Of a stretch of DNA of 64,000 nucleotides, positions 10,938 through 21,527 are shown in pieces. The stretch lies in the NCBI GenBank assembly GCA_000004985.1, contig GG738849.1. One strand, 5' to 3'. Each line of letters begins with the position of its first letter. Within the stretch, counting starts at the first letter, position 1. The translations under genes were made by a program, and so were the position numbers. Origin of the DNA: Naegleria gruberi. Lineage: Eukaryota. A model generated the notes under the pieces. It worked only from the letters and a program-made list of their open reading frames with translations. It had not been told where the DNA came from and did not search any database.

Positions 10938-12236
10938 TTACACTAATTTGTTAGAAATCATCTCAAAGCACTCTTCACAGCAAGCTCTGCAAAAGTGAGG
11001 AATATTTTCTATTTGATTGGAACTGAATTTTGGCAATTTCAAAAGAGCAATAAAGTGAATTCCTGACTTGGGTGACATTAAGGTATTACAGTGAGAGCAT
11101 GGCCTCAATCTATTATGATCCATCAAATCTTCATGAATATGTTTAGGCATTGTATTTTTGTAATGTGATTTCAACAAATCGAAATTCATTCCCTTTGATG
11201 AATGTTCGTGATATGTTGGAGCTCCAAATGAGATAGTGGATGTTGGTTGAACTTCCAAAGGTATGCTCAAATCCTGGTCCATTAAATCTTCTATTATTGA
11301 ACTATTATGCTTTTGCGTAGTTGTTGGTGGTAAATTCATTTTGCAGCAGTGACCAGCACATAGTGCATGATCAGAATTGACTATAAATCTCTTGGCCAAC
11401 TCTAATAGTGTGGTATCATGTCTCGAATACATGTTTCTATATAATCTTTCATTAATAGTTATAGTGTTAATTCTAAAAGTTCTCAATTTTAGTAGATTTT
11501 GCAACTCGAATGGCAAACAAAATATTGGATTATTCTGCAAGTATAATCTCATTAATCGTTTACAATTTTCCAATTCTCTTGGAACAGTAATTAATTGATT
11601 CCCAGAAACATCCAATTCCACTAAATTAACACATTCTCCTATATAACTCGGTAAAGAACTCAATTGGTTATTCGAAAGTATCAATCTAGACAATGAATGC
11701 ACAGGAAATGGATTTCCCTGTAGTGGCAATGCACTGATCAAATTATTATCCAACGAAATTAATCGACAATTATACAAATTCTTCCAACTTTCCTCCTTCT
11801 TAATTTCCTGAATTTGATTATCATTCAACAACAAACGTTCAACCCTCGAAAATATTGATAAACAATTCGGAACAGCACTCAACACATTCTGTCCAACATT
11901 CAGCTCCCAAATTGCATTCAAGTGTTGATCAATTTTAATGTAATCCTGCATTGAAATTTCCACAATATTCAAAATCTTGTCGCTTATCTGCATATTCGCA
12001 AAATTCAAAACTCTATATCGAAAATCAATAGCTCGTGTGATGGATGAAATGATTGAGAGAATGATTTGATTTTCCTCATCGGAAGTTGGTAATAAAATTG
12101 GATCAATTGTTGATGTGGTGAAAGATTGTTGATTATCGGAATTGTTATTATTATTGGTATTTAATTGATTTTGATTGTTACCATCTTCATCTTGAGAATT
12201 GGGTGTGGAAGATGGTGATTGATCGTTTGGATTCAT
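10938..12236 (-). CDS. Leucine-rich repeat protein with an N-terminal Asn/Gln-rich tract
   Basis: Repeats of the type LxxLxLSNNQLSSLPSYIGECVNLVELDVSGNQLITVPRELENCKRLMRLYLQNNPI. ATG at 12236. Confidence 0.7.
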   Translation of the reverse strand: MNPNDQSPSSTPNSQDEDGNNQNQLNTNNNNNSDNQQSFTTSTIDPILLPTSDEENQIILSIISSITRAIDFRYRVLNFANMQISDKILNIVEISMQDYIKIDQHLNAIWELNVGQNVLSAVPNCLSIFSRVERLLLNDNQIQEIKKEESWKNLYNCRLISLDNNLISALPLQGNPFPVHSLSRLILSNNQLSSLPSYIGECVNLVELDVSGNQLITVPRELENCKRLMRLYLQNNPIFCLPFELQNLLKLRTFRINTITINERLYRNMYSRHDTTLLELAKRFIVNSDHALCAGHCCKMNLPPTTTQKHNSSIIEDLMDQDLSIPLEVQPTSTISFGAPTYHEHSSKGMNFDLLKSHYKNTMPKHIHEDLMDHNRLRPCSHCNTLMSPKSGIHFIALLKLPKFSSNQIENIPHFCRACCEECFEMISNKLV

Positions 12237-12442
12237 TTTTTTAGAAATTTAATTTATTACAAAAAAAATGTAAAGTATTGAACAACAAAAAACATTTTTG
12301 TAAAGTAGTTGAGTATTACAGATTTTTATGGATGAGTAATTGATAAATAATAATCAATTAATTTTTAAGTTTCATGAAGGAAGGAATAGGTTTTTAACTA
12401 TGTATTTAAGGAGAGTGAAGTACTAAGATAAATTAATGTGCT

Positions 12443-12513
12443 CGTCTCGTGGTGTAATGGTAGCATAGTGGACTTTGAATCCATTGACGGAGGTTCGATT
12501 CCTCCCGAGACGG
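12443..12513 (+). tRNA. tRNA-Gln (anticodon UUG)
   Basis: Cloverleaf: acceptor CGTCTCG/CGAGACG, D-arm GTGTAATGGTAGCA, anticodon stem GTGGA/TCCAT with loop CTTTGAA, T-arm GGAGG-TTCGATT-CCTCC. Confidence 0.85.
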
Positions 12514-13007
12514 TAAACGTGGCGAGCCCCTGAAATTTTGTTGAACTATGCTTTAGATATTTCAAATAATGAAAATGATTGTATATTTTTTAATTATTGA
12601 GGTCCTTTCATATGTTTGTGTATTTTATTGGTATACATTTGCTTATTGACAGCTTTAAAGGCAATTTCTAAATCATTTCTCATATTAAATTGTTTTAAAG
12701 ATTATGACAATTTATTTTCAATTGCTTATAAGGCCATTTCGTTTGTAATAAAGGATTGAAAATAGGTTTTTTCACCTGAAAAAATTGAAGTCCATTTCTA
12801 AAAGCAGTTTCAAATATTAAGCCCCTTACCACTTTATTATTGTACCTAAATTATCCATTATAATTTATCAATTAATTCTCATTCCAAGAGTTTCTTTGAT
12901 GTAAATAACACTATTTACAAAATCCATCTAATGGATTAAATTTAGCAAAACTAACCAGCCCATCCGCTACCCTTTTTAAACAAAATTTCAGAGGCTCGCC
13001 ACGTTTA

Positions 13008-13078
13008 CCGTCTCGGGAGGAATCGAACCTCCGTCAATGGATTCAAAGTCCACTATGCTACCATTACACCACGAGACG
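13008..13078 (-). tRNA. tRNA-Gln (anticodon UUG), second copy in inverted orientation
   Basis: Exact reverse complement of the 12443..12513 gene. Confidence 0.85.
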
Positions 13079-13299
13079 AGCACATTAATTATGTTAGAAC
13101 CCCAAACTACTTAAATACCCTTCAATTAAGGAAAGATCACCCAAGTCAGCGACTACCATTCTCCACAACCAATCCTCGCCTCCTTAAATAATATGTAAGA
13201 AAAGAATGTAACAATTGACTAGAACGCAAGTTGTAGAAAGTTGGCGGGAAATTTAAAAAAAAATTGCTAAACCGTTAATCTCTATTGTCAATCAGAAAA

Positions 13300-14099
13300 A
13301 TGGTTGGATTTTTTGAAAAGCTCGGGATTAAGAGGAAACGATTAAATTTAATTGTTTGTGGATTGGAAGGATCTGGAAAGAGTACATTAGTATGTTGATA
13401 AATTAACTAGAACAATTTTGTATTAAGGAAATATTCAAACAAATTGTTAATGAATTATTCAATACAACAGGTGAATCATTTAAAGTCGACATCGGAACAG
13501 AAGGAAAATATAATACCCACAGCTGGTTACAGCCTGGAGGAATTTAGTAGGAATGGGGTAGGTTTTCAAAATGAGGAAGTGATGAACCAATTAATTCTAT
13601 CTTACTAGTTTTTATGTAGATTATTTGATTTGAGTGGAGCTGGAAAGTACAGATCAATGTGGAAGTACTTTTTCGAAAATTTAGAAGGAATAATGTTTGT
13701 GGTGGATATTACGGATACAAAGAGGTAAGGAATTATGAAAATACCAATTGACCTTCAATTTATATTGTTGAATTCAGGTTGTGTGTAGCGAGGGATGAAC
13801 TGCATGATTTACTTTCGAATAAAGCACTGCATGGAGTGCCAATACTAGTCTGTGCAAACAAGATTGATGTCGAACAAAAGAAAGTATCCCTTGCACAGAT
13901 ACACAACATTTTAAGCTTGGAAGGAAGCAATAGAGAATGGAAAATCGAAGGAACCTCAGGTAAAGAAGGAACAGGAATAGAAGAATCATTCAGATGGTTA
14001 ATTAATTCAGCAGCAACTTTTGTAAGAGCAAAGAAAGAAGCTGAAAGGCAGATCATTGTTTCTAATCAGCAAGTTCAAAAATCCGATGGCTTAAATTAA
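13300..14099 (+). CDS. ARF-like small GTPase, ARL6/BBS3-like; 4 exons 13300..13389, 13471..13557, 13609..13724, 13778..14099
   Basis: Assembled protein MVGFFEKLGIKRKRLNLIVCGLEGSGKSTL|VNHLKSTSEQKENIIPTAGYSLEEFSRNG|FLCRLFDLSGAGKYRSMWKYFFENLEGIMFVVDITDTKR|LCVARDELHDLLSNKALHGVPILVCANKID... This shows the ARL6 signatures D-x-SG-x-G-(K/R)YR-x-W and IxFVxD. Introns are 81, 51 and 53 nt. Confidence 0.7.
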
Positions 14100-14150
14100 T
14101 TATACAATTCTAATTTAATGTATTACTATAATTTAATTAAATTTTCCAAT

Positions 14151-14801
14151 TTAAATTAATTTCTTCTTGATAAAGTATGATCGGAGGTAGTAGATTTGTC
14201 CAAAAGCAAAACCAGCCATAAAGATGAAGAAGAAAATACCCATGTATGTGATACGTTGATTAATAGTTTCAGTGGTGTATCTCATGGCACCTTCTCTTTC
14301 TCTGAAATAAACGTATTCAGCATAGATTGAGTGAACAATATCTTCCATCATTCTAAGATTAACTTCGATTGGCTTCAAATGTTCCTTTCTTGCCAATTGT
14401 TCATAATCAAAAGTATCTGTTCCGGTTAAGATATCAAAAGTAATACGACGACGCATTCCATCATGATAAGTAGCTTTAGAACTCATTCTATTGTAGAAAC
14501 AGAATGAATATTCTCCTCCTTCTTTAGCTACAAAACTAAGATCTCCTTTTTTAATATTCTTTCTTTCCAAAACAATATTTCCTCTTGGGTCAGTCACTTT
14601 AAAATCAATCTTTTGTGAATATCCAGCACCAACCTCATATTCTCCATAAACATCAAAAGTAGTAACAATTTCTTCACGGAAACAAACATAATCTCTAGCC
14701 TTTAAATCAAATTGAAAAGCATCAACTCGCAAAATACAAATCAGCAGCAGGACAGCAGCGATTAATACTATTGATGATGAAGTTGTTGTTTGTCCAGCCA
14801 T
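14151..14801 (-). CDS. p24/TMED (emp24/gp25L) cargo receptor with GOLD domain
   Basis: Signal peptide, then FQFDLKARDYVCFREEIV ... a C-terminal TM helix and a short cytosolic tail (FIKKKLI). Confidence 0.65.
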   Translation of the reverse strand: MAGQTTTSSSIVLIAAVLLLICILRVDAFQFDLKARDYVCFREEIVTTFDVYGEYEVGAGYSQKIDFKVTDPRGNIVLERKNIKKGDLSFVAKEGGEYSFCFYNRMSSKATYHDGMRRRITFDILTGTDTFDYEQLARKEHLKPIEVNLRMMEDIVHSIYAEYVYFREREGAMRYTTETINQRITYMGIFFFIFMAGFAFGQIYYLRSYFIKKKLI

Positions 14802-14929
14802 TTTTTAAAATTTAAAAATAAAAATCACAAGTCGCCAGCTTTTTTGCTTTCGTCATCACCACATGAAAGCCTTTCAATATTAATTAAATATATTTGGCTT
14901 GCGAATTAATTGAACAGATTGATTTAAAT

Positions 14930-15712
14930 ATGACAATACTAGAAGTTTGTATTGATAGTTATGAGAAGGGAGTGCAAGCTTGTTTGAATGGTGCTAAACG
15001 ATTAGAGTTGTGTTCCGATTTGGCTTTGGAAGGCTTTACTCCGAGTGAAGAATTGATTGAGGAATTTATGAGGGATGTTTTGAGGAGAAGTGATGATAAT
15101 GAAGTGATTCCCATTCATGTAATGATTAGACCTATCAAGAGGGATTCAAATATTCTCGACACATTCTGCTATGATTCGAATGATTTACAAATAATGAAAG
15201 AGCAAATTAGAATGTGCAGGAAATTAATTGATCTTCATGCAGTGGAAAAGTCAAGATTTAAAATTGAGGGATTTGTTATTGGATGCATCAAGAAGGAGAA
15301 TGGTGGAATTATTATTGATACTGAAATATTGAAAGAATTGTGCGAAACAATTCAAGAGAATAATGGACATTTCAATATTACATTCCATAAGGCTTTTGAT
15401 TTACTGACACATCCTGCAGAATCTCTCGATATTCTTTTACAGTTTGGAATTAATAGAATCCTTACTAGTTTATGTTTTGCTTACACAGACTTGAAAGGCA
15501 AAATTACTGCAGCTCTAGAATCCAATAATTCTCAAGTTGACCAATTTCTTAAACACCTAAAAGAGATTAATCAACACCAAACTGTAATGACCTTATTAAT
15601 TGGAGGTGGAGTGCGTGAATGCAACCAATTATCCATTATTAACTTTATGAACCAAAATGCAATTATTCCGTTCGAACTTCACTCCTCCACTCCCTTTTTA
15701 ACAATCAACTAA
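14930..15712 (+). CDS. CutC-family copper homeostasis protein
   Basis: MTILEVCIDSYEKGVQACLNGAKRLELCSDLALEGFTPS ... ITFHKAFDLLTHPAESLDILLQFGINRILTS match the CutC TIM-barrel motifs. ATG at 14930. Confidence 0.65.
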   Translation: MTILEVCIDSYEKGVQACLNGAKRLELCSDLALEGFTPSEELIEEFMRDVLRRSDDNEVIPIHVMIRPIKRDSNILDTFCYDSNDLQIMKEQIRMCRKLIDLHAVEKSRFKIEGFVIGCIKKENGGIIIDTEILKELCETIQENNGHFNITFHKAFDLLTHPAESLDILLQFGINRILTSLCFAYTDLKGKITAALESNNSQVDQFLKHLKEINQHQTVMTLLIGGGVRECNQLSIINFMNQNAIIPFELHSSTPFLTIN

Positions 15713-15970
15713 TTATTTCCATTCCAATATATTTGGAGATGAAAAGATAACTACATTCCAATGGACTCCGTAAATAATGTTTTACCTACTCAACCAACAT
15801 TTTGAATTTATCACCCCTCCCCTCCAACTATTACTGTCACCCATTTGAAAATTGTAAAAATCTCTAACACAGATCCAAACAAGATCTTTTCTTCGATTTT
15901 TATTGAAATCTCTCGAAGGTCGTGTGATTTTCACATCCTCACAACTCCACACACAAAACACCGAAAAAAA

Positions 15971-17527
15971 ATGCAAAATCCTCCCCTCTACAATTTCACA
16001 CCTAAAAATTCATTTTCCAACAATATGATGAGGAAGAGCAGCAAAATTCTCGGAATTAATTTATTAAATTTTGTATTTATTGTGCTGGTAGCATTTGTGA
16101 TGAGCACGAATAAGTTGAGAGTTAATGGTTCTCCAACACAGCAGGAATATACTTCATCACCTGTAGAATTGGTTCACGCTTTTAATTTTGTTAATTTTAA
16201 TTTTACATCAGAAGAACAACGTCAAGAATATATGAAAGATGAAATTTACAAGCTTGTTGCTTTGGCAGGTGTCAAAGTTGATGCTAATGGAGATATTTAC
16301 GTGTCAATGCCTCGTTGGAAATCACCAAAGATCCCAGCAACATTGGCAAAGATTGTAAAGGGAGAAAATGGTCAACCAATTCTTGAACCATTTCCAAGTT
16401 GGGAATGGAATAATGTCAATAACGCAACCTTTGGTCTTCAAAGTGTTTTAGGATTTGAAATTGATGGTCAACAAAGAATGTGGATCTTGGATCAAGGAAA
16501 AGTTGCTGGAAAAGCTGCTGAAAAGGAAAGTATTAAATTGGTTGTGTGGGATTTGGAAAAGAATGAACTCATTGCTAAATATCATTTCACACCAGAGGAA
16601 GCATCACCAACCAACTCATTCTTGAATGATATTGTCGTTGATTCTGACCAAAATATTGCCTTTATTAGTGACAGTGGTATTCCAATTGATAATCCAAATA
16701 AGGATCCAACCATTCGTCCACAACCTGGTATTTTAGTTATTGATATTGATGATTTGAAAGTTAAGAGATGGTTTGATGGATTGCCTCAAGTTCAAGTTGA
16801 CCAAAGCGCATGGCTTGATGTTAATGGTAAGAAATGTCTCCAAAATGAACCAATGAAAACTGGTGTCGATGGCATTGCTCTCAGTTGTGATTACAATAGA
16901 TTGTATTGGACTCCATTGACCTCTAGAACTTTGTATGGTATTGATGCCAACTTGTTATTGATGTATCCACCAAACACAACCTTGGTTCACGATAAGATTG
17001 TCAATTATGGTGACAAGATTTCATCTAGTGATGGTTTTGCTATTTCTTCTGATTCCACATTTTATATTACTGCTATTGAAAATAACACAATTTATGAAGT
17101 GAGTGAGGAAGGTCTTGCTGATGTTTTAGAAGGAAAGACCAAAATCTCTGATTTCAAATTGAGAGAATACATGGTTGACTCTTTGAAGAATATCACCATT
17201 ACTCACCAAAATGAACTTGTCTGGCCTGATACTATTGGTATTTCCAATGATGGATACATGTACTTTGTTACAAACAATTTGTGTGACTATGTTCAAGGAT
17301 TTATCACTGATTTCGACAAGCCAAACTTTTTCATTCATAGAAAGTTTATTGGAGCTTCATCTTATGTGAATGGATGTGAACAAGCTCACTTGGAATTGGG
17401 AGCTAAGGAATGGGCAACTATCGGTACCTTGTTAGGTCTTTGGATTCTTGGATTGGTTATTATTGTAGTTTCTGTTACCATTGTCAATAGAAGAAAAAAG
17501 GCTAAAGAAACCTATACAACATTGTAA
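15971..17527 (+). CDS. Yellow / major royal jelly protein (MRJP) family beta-propeller protein, with an N-terminal signal-anchor and a C-terminal TM helix
   Basis: SFLNDIVVDSDQNIAFISDSG ... KTGVDGIALSCDYNRLYWTPLTSRTLYGIDANLL resemble the MRJP/yellow core. C-terminal TM helix WATIGTLLGLWILGLVIIVVSVTIV. Confidence 0.5.
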   Translation: MQNPPLYNFTPKNSFSNNMMRKSSKILGINLLNFVFIVLVAFVMSTNKLRVNGSPTQQEYTSSPVELVHAFNFVNFNFTSEEQRQEYMKDEIYKLVALAGVKVDANGDIYVSMPRWKSPKIPATLAKIVKGENGQPILEPFPSWEWNNVNNATFGLQSVLGFEIDGQQRMWILDQGKVAGKAAEKESIKLVVWDLEKNELIAKYHFTPEEASPTNSFLNDIVVDSDQNIAFISDSGIPIDNPNKDPTIRPQPGILVIDIDDLKVKRWFDGLPQVQVDQSAWLDVNGKKCLQNEPMKTGVDGIALSCDYNRLYWTPLTSRTLYGIDANLLLMYPPNTTLVHDKIVNYGDKISSSDGFAISSDSTFYITAIENNTIYEVSEEGLADVLEGKTKISDFKLREYMVDSLKNITITHQNELVWPDTIGISNDGYMYFVTNNLCDYVQGFITDFDKPNFFIHRKFIGASSYVNGCEQAHLELGAKEWATIGTLLGLWILGLVIIVVSVTIVNRRKKAKETYTTL

Positions 17528-17612
17528 GTATAATTAATACCATTATTTACATTAATAATTACTATTTATTCCCAAATATTTCAAATTCCAATAATATATT
17601 TAGGCAATAAAC

Positions 17613-18518
17613 TTAGAGAGATTTAACTTCTGGAATTCTTTCAACAACTTGAAGCCAAACTTCTTGTGGCATGTGCTTCTTGAATTCAGTCAAGATGGCA
17701 TCAGCCTTAGTCTTATTTTCAGATCTGGCAGCCAAAACTTCACGAACCATAGCTTCAGTCAAATCCAAAGAATTCTTAGAGAATGAATAATAGTGAAGAA
17801 CTTGATGGGCGTTTTGGTCTGTTTCCAAAAGCTTTGCAAAAGCTTGTTCTTGAATACTTCTAAGGTCTTCCTTTGAGAGAACTTGTTCAGATAATGGCAC
17901 GACAATATTTTCCTTGGTTTGGAAGTGATCTTCAACAACCTTTCTCAATTCAGCGAGGTGATTCTTCAATTCATCCATCTTGTTGTGGGTTGGTCCTTGA
18001 TGATGTTGATGATGTTTGATAATATGTTCAATATGATTAATAGCTTGATGTTCCAAAATGTGGCTTGACTTTAAATCGGAAAGTAATTGCAAATCCTTAT
18101 GTTCCTTTCCACTTGTTGAAATAAATTCATGAATAGCAGGAACCCAACCAAGATCTTCAAGCTTAGATTGTGCCTTCAAAGAAGCCTTTAAAGCTTCAAA
18201 CTTTGCGTGGAATTCATGCCAATTAATAGTATGAGCATCCTTTCCATTGACAGAGACTGCCAATTCATCAATACTAGAAATAAAAGCTTCATGTAAATAA
18301 GTTTCCAAATACATGGCTGTTTTCATGTGTGATTTACGACTATAATACCTTGTGCTCGGAACACTCAAACATCCAAATGTTGCTGCTGGTGTTGTATTAT
18401 TGAAGGAGGAAGAGGATGAGGAGGAGAACAAGGAAGTGGCTGCTGCCCCCATTCTACTACGAGATGACTTGTTGACCAAAGCGGAGGCAACAACACTCAA
18501 TGCACGACGATTCATCAT
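17613..18518 (-). CDS. Hypothetical protein, predicted mitochondrial presequence, His/Glu-rich (possibly a hemerythrin-like HHE domain)
   Basis: N-terminus rich in R/S/A. Motifs WHEFHAKFE, HILEHQAINHIEHIIKHHQHH. Confidence 0.3.
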   Translation of the reverse strand: MMNRRALSVVASALVNKSSRSRMGAAATSLFSSSSSSSFNNTTPAATFGCLSVPSTRYYSRKSHMKTAMYLETYLHEAFISSIDELAVSVNGKDAHTINWHEFHAKFEALKASLKAQSKLEDLGWVPAIHEFISTSGKEHKDLQLLSDLKSSHILEHQAINHIEHIIKHHQHHQGPTHNKMDELKNHLAELRKVVEDHFQTKENIVVPLSEQVLSKEDLRSIQEQAFAKLLETDQNAHQVLHYYSFSKNSLDLTEAMVREVLAARSENKTKADAILTEFKKHMPQEVWLQVVERIPEVKSL

Positions 18519-19028
18519 TTTGTTTTCTTTGTTGAAAAAAATGGAAAATTTTTTAAAAATGATTTTTTTTTGTGTTTAATATTTTTTTGGAGGCAACCAG
18601 AAAAGGCCCAAAATGGTAATATTAAAAAGTTTTTTAAATAAATTGTAAAGTATTTAAATATTATACTAGTGCACAATAGTATTGATAAAAAACTAGTTGA
18701 GAATCCATTGGAGTGTTTGTTGGTAAAATAGCTCAATGCCTGCTGTCCCCATCGCACAACAACTTTTCCATCATCACAACAACTTTAACAGCTGTCATTG
18801 ACGAGTTGACATTTTTAAAAAAAAATATTGGTCAACAAGTTTCCTCTCCATCATCAACGATATCCAAAACTCACACTTGTTTCCACACCAATAATAACAA
18901 CACAAACAAATTCCAAAATATTTTGGTAAGTTTTTTCATCATCAACACTAAATTTTTTTTAAAATTTACTTTTGTTGCAACGAATACGAATAACAATTAC
19001 TATTAAACTTTTTAATTACTTGACAGAA

Positions 19029-21491
19029 ATGAGTACCACTAAACAGCAACAACAACAACATCATATAGAAGAAAATGATGATCCATCACCACTTGATTTA
19101 ACACAATGGATTAGTACATTAACATCTTTGCAACCTAATTTTGAATTTTTATATCCAAATACCTGGAAGTTGGATTGTATGGCATCAGGAACATTAAAAT
19201 TAATTTCACCAACAGAAATATCACCATGGTTTAATCAGGAAGATGCCGATGATAGTGTAATGGATCAGATTCGAGTAGATTTTACACAGAAAAGTTCATC
19301 ATCACCTCATGAGGAAATTCACACGGAAACATTTAAAAAGTTAATGTCATCATATGCAATTTCAGATTATTGTGAAATTGAAGTGTTAAAGGACTGTCAA
19401 GTGTCAAATTCATTGAATGCCAAGAAGAGTCTAGTTCAATATACAAGTTATGGTAGAATTCAAATGACTCGTCATTATATTGTTACAGTTTCACTTCAAT
19501 CATGTACTTATATTTTCACATACTTGACTGAGAGTTTGAGTGGTGATAAGAATTTATTGGTATTTTACAAGTTTTTGAACAATTTTAAATTCCCTGAAAA
19601 TGGTTCAACATTTGTTTATGAATTACAAATGAATGAAAATTCAATCCTATTCGATATTCCATTTCCATATCAAGTTGTACAAAAGAGAGAATATTCTTTA
19701 ACTACCTATACTCCTTCACATGCCAAGTTTTCATCAACAGATATTACTCAACAACAATCTAAACAATTGTACTTTGATTTTCAAGTTTTTAGAACAGGTA
19801 CATCTACAATTGAAACTGTTGCTAATGAGGCATTGAATAGAACTGAAGGTGATTTTGATCAAAATTCTGCTAACTGTTATACTTTTAGTGTTTTACAAGG
19901 TGTTAAATCAACTGACCTCGTTCCAGAAAGTTTCACATTTAGTTACGAATATCAACACAATGAAGATAAGCAAGAAAGAAGATTTGTTGAAAAATATTTC
20001 ACTCCTCTCACAACAGGCGACATTTTGGTTTCAACATTTGTCAATTCATCCATTCCAAATGATATTCAAAATGAGGAATTACAAGTTTTTAAGAAGGTTC
20101 TCCAATCTTTTAAACTCGTATCTAGAAGTGAAAGAAAGCAATATTCTTCCAAGATTGTGAACAGTTCTACTCAGGTTTTGGGACAACAATTGAGTGAATT
20201 TAACATTACTGTTTATGGTGAATCAGGTGTAGGTAAATCATCACTCATTCATCAATACCTCACTGGTAATGAAGAGGTGGTAGCCCTTGCATCCAATAAG
20301 AAAGAACACAGCTATAGAAAATATGTTCCAAAATCTGAATCTCACTCTGCATTCGTTTTAAACATTCTCGACACTTGTGGAAATTATGAATATGAAAGTG
20401 GATGTCAATTTGAGAAGGCAATTAGAGCTGATGCAGTTCTTCTTATTTGCTCTCCTGATCAACAAACTTCCATTGATAGAATTGAAACATTCATTAACAG
20501 AATTGAAAGATTGAAAAAGAGAAAGTTGTCCGAAATTCCTTCACTCATTGTTTTTAACAAGTCTGATATTGAGGAAAATATTCTTGTCAAATCAGAGGAT
20601 GCTAAAAAGTTGGCAGATCAATATGGTATCACATTTATTGAATGTACCGCAAAGAAACAATCCAAGGTTAATGATTTATTTGATGGAGCTTTGATTTCTG
20701 AACTTTATTCCAAGCAATATATTTTAAATAGTATGCAATCAGACCAAAAGAAACTTTCAGAGGATATTGAAAACTTCCAATATTTGATTACTCAAAATCA
20801 AGTAGACCAAATTTCAACTCTCATTTCCGAATCAACATTCCCTCCTTCTTTGGCTTCTGAATATCTTAACCTTCCAATAATTTTCTATGGTGTCGATTCT
20901 GGTGTTGAAGGATCAACTCTCAGGCTTCTTATGGATTACAATAACAAATATGAAAAGTATAACCTCAAGAACTTTACAACCAAAGATATTAACGCCTTGA
21001 ATTTGGCAGCATTCGCTGCTACCAAAGGTAATCTAGTTGCCATCAAGGTATTGGAAGAATTTGGTATTACACTTGATCAAACAAATACTGACACTAATAT
21101 ATTGGCTCACATCCTTAATAGCTCCAGCGAAAATGACACTATTCAATATATTTTACAAAAGTACGAATCATTCCTTTCAAAGTATGTGAATGTGAGCTTT
21201 AAGGATGATGAAAATGGTTTAACCTATCCAATTCATACAGCCACCAAATCGGGATCTACATTCACTGTGAAATGGTTACTTTCACACGAAGGTTCACAAA
21301 CCATCAATGAAAAGGATAACTTGGGACTTACACCTTTGCTTTTGGCTGCTGCCGAAGGTAATGTTTCACTAGTTAAAATTCTTCTAGATTCTGGAGCTAA
21401 GCTTACAAACAGTGACGACACTTTCAAAGAATTTTTGAAAGAGAATTGTCCTGAAGACAAGTTGCCAGAAGTTTTGGCATTATTGCAATAA
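19029..21491 (+). CDS. Multidomain protein: about 400-aa N-terminal region of unknown function, then a Ras-like small GTPase domain, then C-terminal ankyrin repeats
   Basis: G1 GESGVGKSS, G3 DTCGNYE, G4 FNKSD. Ankyrin repeats NALNLAAFAATKGNLVAIKVLEEFG and GLTPLLLAAAEGNVSLVKILLDSGAK. Intronless 820-aa ORF. Confidence 0.6.
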   Translation: MSTTKQQQQQHHIEENDDPSPLDLTQWISTLTSLQPNFEFLYPNTWKLDCMASGTLKLISPTEISPWFNQEDADDSVMDQIRVDFTQKSSSSPHEEIHTETFKKLMSSYAISDYCEIEVLKDCQVSNSLNAKKSLVQYTSYGRIQMTRHYIVTVSLQSCTYIFTYLTESLSGDKNLLVFYKFLNNFKFPENGSTFVYELQMNENSILFDIPFPYQVVQKREYSLTTYTPSHAKFSSTDITQQQSKQLYFDFQVFRTGTSTIETVANEALNRTEGDFDQNSANCYTFSVLQGVKSTDLVPESFTFSYEYQHNEDKQERRFVEKYFTPLTTGDILVSTFVNSSIPNDIQNEELQVFKKVLQSFKLVSRSERKQYSSKIVNSSTQVLGQQLSEFNITVYGESGVGKSSLIHQYLTGNEEVVALASNKKEHSYRKYVPKSESHSAFVLNILDTCGNYEYESGCQFEKAIRADAVLLICSPDQQTSIDRIETFINRIERLKKRKLSEIPSLIVFNKSDIEENILVKSEDAKKLADQYGITFIECTAKKQSKVNDLFDGALISELYSKQYILNSMQSDQKKLSEDIENFQYLITQNQVDQISTLISESTFPPSLASEYLNLPIIFYGVDSGVEGSTLRLLMDYNNKYEKYNLKNFTTKDINALNLAAFAATKGNLVAIKVLEEFGITLDQTNTDTNILAHILNSSSENDTIQYILQKYESFLSKYVNVSFKDDENGLTYPIHTATKSGSTFTVKWLLSHEGSQTINEKDNLGLTPLLLAAAEGNVSLVKILLDSGAKLTNSDDTFKEFLKENCPEDKLPEVLALLQ

Positions 21492-21527
21492 AGTAATAAA
21501 AATCATAAAAATCTGTATAAAATCATA

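Larger units (their letters stand above)
12431..13090. repeat. Inverted repeat of about 113 bp (tRNA-Gln plus about 12 bp of 5' and about 30 bp of 3' flank) separated by an AT-rich spacer of about 420 bp
   Basis: Flanks aattaatgtgct...ggtaaacgtggcgagcccctgaaattttgtt are conserved in reverse complement at 12962..13090, with one mismatch (cccctg versus cctctg). Confidence 0.8.
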
